Source: Octopus sinensis
Taxonomy: Eukaryota
Length of the DNA: 64,000 bases
NCBI RefSeq assembly: GCF_006345805.1
Contig: NW_021832226.1
Location: 372,001 to 436,000 of the forward strand
Reading direction: 5' to 3'
A model generated the notes under the pieces. That model saw only the letters and a list, made by a program, of their open reading frames with translations. It was not told the origin of the DNA and made no database searches. Positions 12,101 through 25,345 of the stretch are shown here, piece after piece. The position numbers and the translations under genes were made by a program. The first letter of the stretch is position 1. Every line of letters begins with the position of its first letter.

Positions 12101-15100
12101 CGTCGATGGATTGGTTGCAAATAGTGTGGCCGATGTCAACGAATTACATGGCAATGTCGTCTTCCTTTGTGAATCAGAAAAAACACGACTTTTGCGTGTC
12201 TTATCATACAATCAGATAATCAGGAGTCTGAGCTTTATAGGCGATTGGATATCCCTTGAGGTATTATGAGTGAGGTAGTGTGTAGAGCAGGAGACTGGCC
12301 TCCCTCGAAATGGAATCACGAGAATCGGTTAAGACAGCTAAAGTAAATTTGACCGTGATGCTCGATGAGAGTACAAAAATGCAAGAAAAAGTACAACTTT
12401 GTGTGTTCAGTAGTCTAGGTTGATTCGGTTAACAGGAATGCCGAATCCTGGCTGGAAGGGGCAAAGGAGACTGATCCTGTGCAATATGTCAAGGGTCTGT
12501 CCACGCAGGTCAACGACCAGTGGAGGTCTTGGCTGTCGGAATTGGAAAGACGGTGGAGAGAGGTCGGACTGTCCTTCCTTAAGGAGACTATTTCAGTCTC
12601 TCTGAGAGAAGTGGAGGTTTTTAGACCATTGTTACTGGTTTAAAGGAGGAAGTTGATTTTTTCGAGTCTTTTGTTGAGACAGACGTTGAAGACGCGGACT
12701 TGAGTCGACTGATGTACCTGAGGAGACGCCTCCAGAATTTTGACTCAGATATGGACAAGTTAAGGACAAAGGTAGTGGACTGTTCTTATTGCAGCTTGAG
12801 AGTATTGTGAATAAGGTCGGGGATGTGAAGTCGTTGGATGAGGAGTTTTCTGGTCAAGTAATGGAAAATGTGTTTCGGATTACTAGAAGGCTTGATGATA
12901 TCACGGAAAATGTATTTTTGTTGTTTTGTGATTGGAAGGCGAGAAAGTATCAGAATCGAATGGAGGAAGCCAATGAAACCTCACTATTTATATCAAAACT
13001 GGACAAATGGGATGCTTGGCTATCACAATTCGATCTATCAGAGAACGTCCACAGTCAATCACCCATCAGCGATTGGGAAAATCTATTGAAGATATTTGAC
13101 GACTATGACGAATTAATTCAGTCAGAAAAAGACTCTTTCAAACAGACTGTCGAGTTTGGGAGAGATTTGTTGTCGGAAGGGACTGATCTCGACCGTCATA
13201 TTCTCATCTCGGTTTGTAGTCGTGGTGAAATTACATTAGCAAACGAACGCACTCAATGACCGATGGGACTTTGTGGAAGGACAGGTTGCTCAGAGCAAGA
13301 AGGACATTGAAGAATTTATTTTATACAAAGTAAATAATATATTGAGATATTTAAAGTCCTATGAGGAGAGTTTAGAGGAGGCTGGGAGAAAGTTGGAAGA
13401 AGACGAGGCAATGTTGTCCATAGTTATTCCGAAGGTGGCCAGTTAGTTATATTTTAAGGACTTTTATGATGATTTGGTGCCAGTGATTGAAGAATTGGAA
13501 GAATATGTCAACCAAAGGACAGGGGAATCATTCCAAAGTCCATTTATACGATTGGTGGAAGTATCCGAACAGCTCAACGTGCCTGAGATTGGAGACAAAG
13601 TACAGGAAGTACTTAACAGGTGATTTTTCATCCAAACTGTGTTCAGACTGGACGACAATGGTCGGAGGTTGTGTGAGCGTATACAACAACTCAAAAATTT
13701 GGCCAAATTCGTGGAATTTAAAGATTTGTGTGATATTGTATATTGATTTGAGTTATTTGTAGTTTAATTACTCGTCAGTCGCCCTGAGAGATAAGTTGAC
13801 TGGACTAAACAATGTCCCCAGTACTCAGGGGATGGTCAATCGTGAAGAACAGTATTCTCTGCCAGTAGAGAACATGCACCTCCAACACTTTGACATTGAG
13901 GAAATGGTATATTAACTGATATATTGAGAATCCTGCTCAAATGAGTATTGACATGCCTGAATATGAGAGCGAGATTGCTCGGTTGTATGGGGACGTCAAC
14001 GAATTGAAGGACGAGGTAATCACTCTGCTCAAGCCGGGGGACCCTGAAGTCACAGGAAGTGATGACATGGACCTAATCGTCGTCGATTCCAAATTAGGGT
14101 GTGATATTTTGAGTGGAAGACATGCAGCCAATCTTCTCGAGAAATGTGATGTAATATTGTAGTTATAATTGTGCTAAGGAGTTGATGAGGGAAGCTGAGT
14201 CCGAGTCTCCAAACATTTCTGAACGGTGAGTTTAAGGTTAATGAGTGTTAGAGTTTCTGTCGTTGACTCCCACCGAGAGAGGATCATTTCTGTACAGAAG
14301 GCTTTAAGAATGTCAGCCAAATTTAAATATGTTGTGTCATTGGTGGAACGGATGATGTGTGCTGTGGAGGAGACAGTTCCCACCACTTTAGGATACGTTG
14401 AACTGTCCATGGCTGATCTCGGGACACTGGGGGGTAGAGTGGACTCGATTGAGCCAATGGTTACTGAGGTGTTAGAGGAATCGGTGGACATTGTGCAGAC
14501 TGGCTCCGCTCCCGTCGAATTCTCAGAGTGGAATTATAAATTGGAATCACTGTGGAACACACTAAAGACAAGAATCCAAGACCGTTCGAGGGAGTTGAGC
14601 ACGTTGAAGGACTACTATACAGTATTGGCAGAGTGGGAGTGTTTGTAGTGTTGTGTGGAAATGGAAGGACTACTGGAATGGATAGAATTGCAGTCCTCAT
14701 TTCTAATTGGAGAAGTGAATCCGGGGGAGGATATTTATGTGAACGAGTGGGTGTCCTGGAGTCTTGAACTCCGAGAGATGATTGTCCGCAATGGAATCGA
14801 TGAGGTTAATGCGCTCGTCAGTCGAAGCACTGAGTTAGAGGAGGTGGAGTCTTTGTCGGACAGTCAGAGGTGTTCTTGGCCTTTAATTGGTGTAGGAACA
14901 AGTTGAAGGAGGAGAGGGAGGAATTGAATGGTCAGTATGGGAACCTCCTAGAACAGGCCGCAATAAGGAAGAAGGACGTCTTTGTTTTGAGGGCAATGAT
15001 GCAATTTTTCAACTCCTATGTTATGAGTGACTTTTGGTTTGAACAAAAAATATTGTTTGCTCAAAATATGGAGATTTTTGGAAACCTATCAACCATTTCT

Positions 15101-17166
15101 GTATTCTACAACTAATCATTTTTAGCGTCAGAATAAATTAATGGAGGACACGTGTGTGCGGATAAGACAGACGGGGAGAAGTCTTGTAGAGCAGTTCCAG
15201 ACCTTGTTGGATGGGCTTGGAGATAGCCAGTTCATAGTAGACTGTCGACAGAGGCAGAATATAATTTTGAACAAACTGGAAGATCTGGAGGAGATTATTT
15301 CGACAGGATTGGAGTACTGTGGAGAGAAAGTGTCCCTGAGCAGTTACTACAACAAGTCACAAGAAATATGTGACTTTATGGGGGAAATATCCCGATTTGT
15401 CCAGCTCTACCTCGAAAGGTGCAAGAACAGGGAGTCAATGAGTGCCCAGTTGATGTACAAGCGAATATACAGTTATGAAAAGTCATTCTCGACTGTGACC
15501 CAAAGTGTATAGTCCTCTGTTGGAGTTGTAGTTCCAGTCCTTCCAGTTGGAAAAGAACATGTTGGTGGACAAGTACTCGGGAGATGACCGGAATGCCATA
15601 TGCAGTGTGTTTGCAGAGACAGAGACTGCGTGGATGAACCTGAATAGTCTCCTCGAACTGAGCATGTGTCAGATTGACAGTGAAGATCTCCTCATGCAGT
15701 TTTGGAGTCTCACAACATGTTGATGAAGTGGGTGGGATACATGTGTGGCCAACTGTCCACAGAGGAATGCCAGTATTGGTGAGTGTCATCCTGTTTAGGA
15801 CAATGAGTGATATCCAGGCAGTGTGTGAAGAGAATGCCCGAATTTGTTGGGATATTTCCGCATATGACGGGTTGTTCGACAAATATGTCGAGATTGGGCG
15901 TTGTCTGGTCTCACAAAGTCATCCTCGGATGGAGAATGTGTTCGAGGCAGTCCTTCTGCTCACAACCCGGCGGGGCGAGATGATGCAATTATTGACTGAT
16001 AGAGAGTTCATCACCGAATTACGTAATATTTTTGACATATTCCCAGTTCTTGACATAAACATGTTTTGTGGGAATGCGGAAAGAGCCGAAGAATGGTACA
16101 AGTCGAAGGTGGGCTACCTCAAGGACAGTGACCTGGGAGTTGTGTGATGTGATTACATAACATAGAACTCGATGGATCAAGTGGATAGGTTGATAAGACG
16201 ACATAAGCAGATTGTGGAGTCGATGGATAAATATGACTCCATTGTGGCGATTGTGGACAAGTTGACTCAGGTTGAACGACTGGAGGTGTCGGGGGAGGAT
16301 GTGTTTTCTTCACTGAGGGTGTCTAATCTCACCAAAAGAGTCGTGGATGATTATATCGTTGATTTAAAGAGTTCTGAAAAGGATTCCATTCACGTCAGGT
16401 TGGTTTATTTGGTTATTAGTAGTGTGAGTGTCTCCGTTGAGGTTCCAGAACATTCTCAGAGTTTATTGTTGAAATATGTTTTTATAGGGAACGGCAAGTG
16501 TGAAACTGATGTCGAACAAGAAGTTCCAGTTGAAGCCTGTGTCCCCCAAAAACGTGCTTATTAGAATATAAACCTGTTTTAGAACAGGGAGGACTTGCTT
16601 TGAAATTGAAACGAATGACGTCGTTGGTTTCTACAAAGAAGTTAAGTCCCGAGAATACTCCTCCAATCTACGGGGTCTGTGATTTGCCGGCACACTTTGA
16701 GGGGACACTACAGAGGAAGACAGTGTGGGCTAATGCAGATAAGAAGGCATTAAGAAGGTTTGTGTGAATGGAGTAGTCGTAGGAATTGGATGTCACTTTA
16801 TGTGGTCCTCAATGACGGATATCTCTACTTTTACAAGAACGTGAAACTTGCCAAGGAGGTCGAGTGTGGTATAAGTTAAGTCAGAAAACCGTTTGAGACA
16901 TTTCGAGGGGAAGCACCATGGGAGATGAATGGGTCATTCTGTGCATTGGCCGATGACTATGTGAAGCATTCCTTTGTGTTTCGATTAACGAGGACTAATG
17001 GATCGGAATACTTATTCCAGGCGGAGAGTCAGGTATTATGAGGAGTCCAATTTGCAAGGACTTGGCCGAGATGTGGTGTAATAAACTCGTTCAGGCGAGT
17101 GGCCCTTCACTGTCTCATGCTTCCGCTTCTATTGCGAGGACATCTTCCAAAGCAAGAAGGCGTTAA
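9136..17166 (+). CDS. SPTB: Beta-spectrin (CH1-CH2, spectrin repeats, C-terminal PH domain), dozens of tiny introns
   Basis: [101 protein letters not shown] domain [10 protein letters not shown]...[19 protein letters not shown]. Both termini and many internal junctions were checked by hand; the middle was not fully parsed. Confidence 0.93.
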
Positions 17167-17349
17167 ATTAACATTGGCTTAGTTTTGTTTATTAACTTAA
17201 TTAAATTCGATTCTTTTCTGATGATTGTTTTAACATTTAAACTATTGTAATCAAAACCAATAAAAAACAATTTTGCTAAACGATAAACTGTGTGTACTTT
17301 CCTATTGTACTCTTTTTATACGCATCTTTGCGATACCATGACAAAGCTT

Positions 17350-19300
17350 TGCAGCATAAGAAACAATAAGAGTTATTAGTTTGGTACATTTCCTTTTATC
17401 TTGGGCGACGTCATAAAATTTTCAGTGTTACTGGGAGACAATTTCATGGGCGTCCACAGAAACGAGTTACAAAATAGTCTTCCATAGCTGTGTTTGCCGA
17501 TGCCTCTAAATTCATCCTTAGGGTGTGTCCGAGTAACCTCCACCTGCATGCTGTAATCTCGATAGATTAGTTTGCTTGATATCCTGACATAAACTGTTTT
17601 ACAGCTGAGACTCGAATGGCATTTGAAGGCTAGAGTACGCAAAAGTTTATCTCTATTGAACGAGTCTGATTGAAATTGTCCGTATCAGAAAGTCCTCATG
17701 TTCCAGCATTATAGAGGAGAATAGGTTTTACAAGTGAATTGTATGTGTTTCGTTTAGGTTGCGTAGTGCGGTGTTTTTACATGTTTTATTATGTCGCGTC
17801 CAACACGAGCTACCCATCCCATGGTGGTTACATGTCACCTGTCAATAAATAATAATGCCTGTCATGGTGACTGTCAAATTTAATAATTAAGTAATTGCAT
17901 TGATTTCTAATCAATAATCGTTTCAACAATAAAAATTTATTAAAATAAAGCGTCTACGTTTTTTAACTTGATTCATATTAACTATTTTAGACTTCCCTGA
18001 ACTTGTTTTAATCTGTTAAATAAAATAATAATAAATAGACCTCTAGTCGATTGTTTGACAAAATTTGAACAACTTCAGCAGGTTTGCCATATGGGGATTC
18101 AAATCGGTTTAGCCTTAGGGAAGGATTTGTCCCAAAATCCTTTAGAACTCTAACCTAACAATTATTCACTAAAAATACTCCGCTCCAATTGAAAAATCGT
18201 ATTCGATTGATGAACATTCATTTTTTTATTCATGCGTTTAAAATATGGTGAATTTAAATTAGGTGGAGAAAAATTCAATATAAAATCACTAGCATCAAGT
18301 TGTCTAGCATATGTTATTCAAAATTACCTGAAACATCTAAAATATTTTCTACATCCATATCCTCTGATGATACATGATAAAATCATCCGAACACTCACTT
18401 TTTTTGAAATTAAAAAATTAAAAAAACTTTTATCATCATGAATGACGGTGTTTATACCAGAAACTCCTCTTAGTTTTTTAAATGGTGTTTCATTTATAGA
18501 AGAATGAATGGAGTGCTTTATTGTAAAAAGGAGTGTAAACATTCCTGTTGCAGTTTACGAATTCCAGAATGGCTTTAACGCTAAAAATATTAAATATGCC
18601 CACACGAGTAACGAATGATTAAACCACATTAATTATGACATCTGACAGCCAATGACCTCGTAAAAATGATTTATTGACAGGTGACATGTAGCCAGCATGG
18701 GATGCGTAACCACCATGGACGCGACATATTATATAAACAGGTCTTGTTCGTATCCCAATAGAGATACAAGTTTCTTAATTCTGTTTTCTCCACATTTACA
18801 TTGAGAAATCACCCTGCAAGTTTATTTAGCATCACGTCCAATAGTTTTTTAGAACATCCTGACAGAGAAAATAAAATCCAGGTCATTTGCGTATGCACCA
18901 CGTTGATTTTTTCTTCATAATTTTAATTCTCTCAGTGTATCTTCTAGATATATATGACAACATAGGAGATAACGGATCATCTTAAGGTGTTCCCGATGTT
19001 GTTTCAAATGGCTTAGAGTACTTGTTACGTATCCTGACCGATAGATAGGTTCTGATAAGAGTTCCTGATCATCCGGGCAGAGGATTTGTTAAGGAATTCT
19101 GTTAGGAAATCCATCAATTTCTGACGATTGATCGAGTCAAAAGCTCTTGACAATTCGATTCCGAGAATGTTTGCAGCATCTGTAATGTCCTCGAGTTTAT
19201 CCGGAAAATATTTCAGAGAATGTTATCATACAATATAACCAAATGATTTTGATGTCCTGAAGAACTGCATCATTCAATGCGCATTTTGATTCATCAGAAA
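17350..19300 (-). mobile_element. Decayed RTE-like LINE, split by the Ginger-type element at 17792-18726
   Basis: RT motifs GIELSRAFDSINRQKL and YANDLDF (18.9-19.2 kb) continue across the insertion to RWRLLGHTLRMN (17.5 kb). Confidence 0.7.
17792..18726 (-). mobile_element. Non-autonomous Ginger2/Tdd-like DNA transposon
   Basis: TGT...ACA ends, imperfect TIRs of about 58 bp (tgtcgcgtcca...catgtcacctgtcaataaat), 5-bp TSD TATTA. Internal remnant VRVLKDFGTNPSLRLNRFESPYG resembles the integrase C-terminus of the 50013 element. Confidence 0.85.
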
Positions 19301-19665
19301 ATTCTTGCAAATCGGCAAAACATGAAATTTTATTTTATCAACGAAAACTCTCTAAAAATTGATTTTTCGTTTTAATTCAATTACTTTTACATTTAAAATA
19401 CAAACAGTTTAATATTTTTCCTGAAGCGATAATGTAAATTTATTAAGTTCGCGTAAATGGAAACTAATATTCAATTTTCTTCCACTAACAAAAGAAAAAT
19501 GGAAAGACTACTATTACAATTTGGAGCTATTTGCTGTAGCTTTACTCTTAAGATTATCCTAATTGTGACTGACTCAATGTATGCCTGAATATTAAAATTA
19601 AATTTCCAAAAATAAATGTTAATATTAGTGTTAATTAACCCTAAAGAAGAAATAGTTTCTGGTAA

Positions 19666-20347
19666 TTATCCTATTACGAGACATAGACCTAATTTTAATA
19701 AAGTATAGGTAGGTACCTCTGAGAATATTCATGATTTGGTTTTGCTTGAAAGTATTTTTCTTTCTTGCCATAATTACGTAAAGAATTAGAGCAATAATAC
19801 ATACGCTTAGAACTATGAGAACAGCGACAACTATGTGGGTATAATCGATTTTTAATTCATTATCTTTAACAAATTAATATTTAGGGTAAACTCTTTTTAT
19901 AAGCTATTTTGGTTTCTAAAACAATTGAATGAAATTTAGTTACCATTTGGACTTTTGCGTGTTGTTTTTTCTATATAAAAATATTAACAAATGAAAATTA
20001 ATACGATTAAGATTCTTTTTTAGAGAAATTTTTTCTAAAGTGTATTAATTGTTCAGTGTATTACTTATTACAGGCTTCCTATTAGTGGTATTATCTATAC
20101 TATATTGATTGTTAAATTACCAGAAGTGGTTATAGTTGTACTTGTATCTAGAATGTATTAATATTTTAAGTTACCTAAAGTTGCTTTAGTTGTAGTAGTA
20201 TCTAAAATGTATTGAATACTGTTTCACCTGGAGTTGTGATTGTATTTGAATTTCTGAGTAGATAAAGTTGTTTTGTAATGGGGGTTCTTAACATACAATA
20301 AAGAACTAAGTATTACTCAATGTGTAGATCTTTCATAATTTTTGGGA
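19666..20347 (-). CDS. Micro-exon gene for a Thr/Lys-rich single-pass membrane protein (5' end unresolved)
   Basis: Six consecutive 24-30 nt phase-1 exons plus a 147-nt phase-1 exon, separated by 26-34 nt GT-AG introns, splice into one frame: ...NTITTP-DTTTTKATL-DTSTTITTS-DNTTNRKPVI-KKISLKKNLN-QKTTRKSPN-ETKIAYKK-NNELKIDYTH-IVVAVLIVLSVCIIALILYVIMA-RKK. Confidence 0.75.
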
Positions 20348-21199
20348 CTAATGTATTATGATTATTAAATTACGGTAGGGTCGTGATCTGAGAATGGCAC
20401 AGTATTGTGGATGTAATTATGTCCTTCTGAGGTAAAAATTTCTATTATTAAAAAATACGAGTTGATATATACAAGTTGATATAAAAGACATATAAACTAA
20501 AACATCACTGTTCTGTCGGGAGCCCCAGATTTAAGGTGGCTAGGTCTACAATAACGAATTCATTACTGCTCCAGAGATCCGAGGGAATTTATATTCCTTA
20601 TTCAGAGAATCTCGCTGGCTGTTTTACGCGAGAATTGTCTTTCAATCCTGCAAGCCAGTTCATAATAGCTAGATTTTTTTTGACAATTTCTCATAAAATT
20701 AATTAAAAAATTAAAAAAAAATTAACACAATTATCTTTTGGTTAATATACATTTTTCATGCTAAATAATAATAGTTCCAAAAAATGAAATAGTTTCAACT
20801 TAAATAATAATTATTTCAAGCTAAATGGAAAAATGTAATAGAATAGAATTGTTTTCGGGGAGATCATTAACGGGAAGATAAAAACAAAACACCAAAGTGT
20901 CTCTTTTCATGCTAACCTCAGTTATTATTACTTAACATAACTTTTTTTAATGACCATCATGATTATGGGTATAGAGGATTCTTGCGAGTCTTCTAGCCTT
21001 CAATCAAGTTGTATTCCATAAGCCAGTTTCAATGCAAAACATCTTGTTTTTTCCAACTGTTCAATAAGGTAGTCACTTTCCTTTGCCCTAATTTCATGAT
21101 GCAAAAACTGTTCAAAATAAAAAAATTTAAGATTTTCTTTTTTTTAAGCAGTGGTACGTAAAAGCAAAGAACGAAAATTAGAATGGTCTATTAAAAATC

Positions 21200-22100
21200 A
21201 CATATTTTTGATCTTTATAAACGGATAAAGATTGGCGACGCTTAGCTATTCAGCTTAATGTTTCTCAACCTACGACCTATCGTTGAATAAAAATAGGAAA
21301 CAACCTGATAGTCGTGGAGGAGATTATTGTGCCAAAGTTATAGAAATTCATAAAATGGCAATTTGCAGTTATATGGAGAAAATCCTCTAATAACATTAAG
21401 TGGTTAGGGAACAAACTCTCCGAATTTCATCAATTGGCTAAATCAAGAGTACAGTTTTTAGACATTTTGATTTAATGACCTATTTACTCAAAAGAGTAAG
21501 GTTTGAGCCTGAGAAAGCCAATAATATTGAAAATAAAGAAAGAAAAGTTTTTTTAAAATTTATTAACTTATCAAAGTAAAAGTTTACCAATTTTTCTATG
21601 AATGAGAGTAATCTCAATATCTAGATCTCCCAATCTGAGGAGAGATCAATTAGTAGAATTAGATGCACCGTTACTGCGGCAGGTTCAAAATATGCTAATA
21701 TTTACATGATTGGGTGTATTCGTTCCCTTGGACTAATACATTATGACGCTAAACGAGGAGCATTTTGTTAAGAAAATGCAATTGAACAAATGAGATAACG
21801 TTAAAGAAATGCTTACAATATCTACAGAAGACCGGTTGTAGTTGTCTTGGACGCCCCCTGCCATTCATGTATTAAAGAAATTTTGTTAGAAGAGGAATTT
21901 AAGATTTATAAATTTTTAAGATTGGCTCCTCACAATCAAATGGTTAATTCTGTTGAACATATTTGGTCTGTAGTAAAAGCAGATGTTAAAAAACTTGCTG
22001 AAAAAAAAGCTGATTTATTAAGTGATGAACTTCGTGGAACTTTATCAATAAGAAAATGTCGTCTTCAATTTTTAACAAAATTTATTAAAAAGGCAAAAAT
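21200..22100 (+). mobile_element. Decayed IS630/Tc1-like transposase
   Basis: DDE remnants: NESNLNI, GSKYANIYMIGCI, VLDAPCHS, LAPHNQMVNSVEHIWSVVKADVKK. Confidence 0.65.
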
Positions 22101-22139
22101 TTAATTCTTCTTGATTTGCCCATTAATAAAAACAATATA

Positions 22140-23358
22140 CAGTGAAACCTCTCGAATCCGCTGCTTCTCGAATCCGCCGCTTCTCGAATCCGCTTATTTT
22201 AATCAAAAATTTGAAATTTCCTATGAATGATTCTTGAATCCGCTTGTTTCTCGAATCCGCTCCTCAAGTATTATGAAAAATAATTTTTTAATTAACATTT
22301 TAAAATTTTCATTACACGTTAAATTGTATTTTTGTGATGCGTCGTTGTGTTAGACTTTCTATCAACGAAAAAATTTCTATACTACGTTATATTTCTGACA
22401 ACCCATTTGTTTCTGCACCTCAAATTTCCAGGATTTTTTCTTCACGATAAAAAAATTTTAACGAGAACTATAAACGACCTTAAATCAATATCGGACCTTT
22501 TGAATAGGACTGATATCAAAAAATTAAACATAATGAGAATTCCAAAACTCAAATTTAATGAAATTGATGTAGCGATGATAACATGGATTGACTAATGGAA
22601 TCTAGTGAAAGCTCTTAAATTTGGAAAAATGATCCAGAATTTAAAGCAAGTCGTGGGTGGCTAGAAAAGTTTAAATTACGAAATGGTATCAAGTTAAGAA
22701 AATTTCATGGAGACAGTGGATCAGTAAATCATTATGAAAAATCTATTGCTGATTTTAATGAAACAATCAGTTTAAAAATTGAACAATATGGATTGGACAA
22801 TGTTATAATTCAGATGAAACTGGTGTTTGTTACAAGGCGATTTCTTCTAAAAGTGTGTGCACTAAATCAAGGCCTGGAATAAAGTTGTCGAAAGATCGAT
22901 TTTCTTTACTATTATGCACAAATTGTTCTGGTTCCGATAAAAAAGGCCTATAATGATAGGAAGATTCAAAAGTGCAAGATGTTTTTAAAATTTCAACATT
23001 GAAAATATTTTACCTACACCAAATCAATAAGACATCGATGAACCGTGAAATTTTAACAAGTGGCTCAGTTATTTTGATTGTGAACTTGCGAAGAAAAAAG
23101 AAAAAATCTACTTGAAATAGATAAATGATCTCGAAAATATTATGCGAATTGAAGAAATGTTATAAAATTTTTGATATTTTGAATATAAATAATTTTACGT
23201 ATTCAGTCATTTGTATATAAAAAGAAATATTTAATCTATATTGTAAGCTCATGTTTCAACTATAAAATATTATTTAATTGCCTCTCGAATCCGCCGATTT
23301 CTCGAATCCGCCGATTTTTGGTCGGTCCCAAAATCGGCGGATTAGAGAGGTTTTACTG
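22140..23358 (+). mobile_element. pogo/Tigger-like DNA transposon (defective)
   Basis: TA-flanked TIRs cagtgaaacctctcgaatccgc / gcggattagagaggttttactg, with repeated subterminal tctcgaatccgc. CENP-B HTH FKASRGWLEKFKLRNGI and NSDETG motif. Confidence 0.9.
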
Positions 23359-24230
23359 TAGTTGCATAGTAAATTTTGATATTTCGAAAAAAAGGTTTTT
23401 TTTGCACCTAGTGTAAAGGAAAAATACCGGCGGAATTAGCTTTAGAAAACATGAAATTTTAATAAAAGATTTTTTACAGTTTTACGAATTTATTAACGTG
23501 TTTCCATTTAGCTTAAAACTGCTATCATTTAACATGGAAAATTGTATAGATTATACCTACTTCACATATATTAAGACTTTTTGAATGAACGATTTACATC
23601 TTCCTAACTTCCCAACCGAATCAAATTCCAGGTACATATATCTATGAGAAAACATCAAATTAAATCAAGGCCTGTTTTGCAATCTAATGATAACGAAATA
23701 ATATCCTTGACGTAAAAAATCTTATGGTGAAATACTAAAACATAAATTTATAATAAATTTCGCGGAAACCAGGTTGCGAGCCACTGGAATAGACAATTAA
23801 AAATCCAGACCAAATATAAAACAAAAACGAGAAACTTTGAATAAAATTATTGATTGCAAAGATAACTCAAATTACCATCCTGAAAATGGATTTTTTGATC
23901 TGAATAATATTTGTCACAGTCCAGGGCTGCGAGACGCCAGAGCTGCGAGGTTTTGAAAATATTAATAATTTAAAAAAAAATTACATTCTGAAGTTCTTTT
24001 GTTGATCTCTTCAATAAATATCTGAATTATTAATTTTTTCTTAATTTTTCAGAGATTGTGATTTCATGAAAACCAACATATCACCAAAATCATTGATTTA
24101 ACGTAGCGTTTTTTGAGTCTATTAAAAAATTCACGGAAAATGGTTAACCAAACTAATTTTTGCGACGAAATTTATTAAAATATTAATTAAAATTTATAAT
24201 ATTAAACTTATAAGACTAAACTAACCGACA

Positions 24231-24285
24231 GCCCTACGGGCAGATCTTTCAGCTTGCTACTAGACCCTATGCGGCCTTCGGCCGC
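24231..24285 (-). mobile_element. Helitron-like 3' terminus, with a second weaker hairpin
   Basis: Minus strand: GCGGCC-GAA-GGCCGC hairpin, 7 nt, then CTAG|T. A second hairpin GCCC-GTA-GGGC lies about 20 nt downstream. Confidence 0.5.
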
Positions 24286-24381
24286 GGTATTTTTGATACC
24301 CTAACTTTCTAGAGAGGTATTTTTCCAAAACATTCTCTGATGAAAACCAACCAATAACTACAAGTTAATTAATTAAAAGCT

Positions 24382-25260
24382 TCAAGTGCGGGAAGCCGAC
24401 GCAATCGAGAAAGAATTAGAGCGTACTATCGCAAGGAATATCCGCTCGAAAAACCATCTCGATTCGCGGGCGTCGCCTGTGATGGCAGACATGCGGATCC
24501 GATCTCCTGACGAAGCTGATTGCCTTACTGCCCAGGAACCGGAAGTCTCAACCGCGAATGAAGGAATTGGAACTTCTCCGTAAGTGAGGAGTACTTCCGC
24601 ATCTTTTTGCATTCCGCGGTTGTGACAATAGATCCAGGAGCGGAGGCCGACATCAGCAGGTTCTGAGGCGAGAAAGAGTCCACACACGTGGCATCCCAGG
24701 TGAGAGGCTTCCCCCTGTTGAAAGGAAACAGTTATCCCGTCAGGCCTTTTTCCGTCTCCCCGATCGATCCCAGTGGGTTCAAGCAGGGAGGGGATTCCGG
24801 CGACTTCCAGGGCTCTCCTGATAAGGTCGTTAAGAGCGGCGTGACGCGGGATGCGGCCAGCACTGCGTCTGCACGATAGAGCGTGCAATCCAAAGCGACA
24901 GATTTTCGCGCCACAGCGGCAGACATGTGGCTCGCATAGGCGAAGACCGAGACGTAAACAGATTCCAGTGCGTACGGACTCGCAGTCCAGAAGGTTCCCA
25001 ATGCTCGGCAGTGGAGTGGCATTTAGCCAGCTCCGCTGTGAGGGCGACATGCCGTCTCAAAGCAGGCCAAGCGGTGTTGGTCGAAAGATGTACGTAAAGA
25101 TTGGATTCGGGATTGTAGGCGGACTTCGTCCCAAACAAATTGCTTATGCTGATCCTCTGGGATTTCCAGTCCTAGCGAGTGCCACTTTACGACCGCCGAT
25201 GATAACTCAGAGGCACGTAATGTTCAAAATCGGTTGGAAGAACCGTGAAACATTCTCTTA
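24382..25260 (-). mobile_element. 5'-truncated CRE-clade retrotransposon
   Basis: CRCGAKICRFGLHALSCRRSAGRIPRHAALND (CCHC) and EPTGIDRGDGKRPDG (RLE), frameshifted. Confidence 0.85.
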
Positions 25261-25317
25261 GACTCAAAAAAATAAAAATCAAAAAATTAAGGAAATTTAA
25301 GTTATTACAACTTTTTT

Positions 25318-25345
25318 ACCCTAACCCTAACCTAACCCTAACCCT
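25318..25345 (-). repeat. Interstitial telomere-like repeat, (TTAGGG)n on the minus strand
   Basis: accctaaccctaacctaaccctaaccct. Confidence 0.85.

Noticed and set aside
3583-16313. Antisense ORFs over ERO1, ACS and spectrin
   Set aside because: Shadow ORFs of GC-richer coding exons, with no independent motifs.
20380-20660. Endonuclease/DNase I-like ectodomain (PFSDHDP) as the 5' part of the micro-exon gene
   Set aside because: The SDH frame cannot be spliced in frame to the downstream exons, and stops intervene. It may be chance or a LINE remnant.
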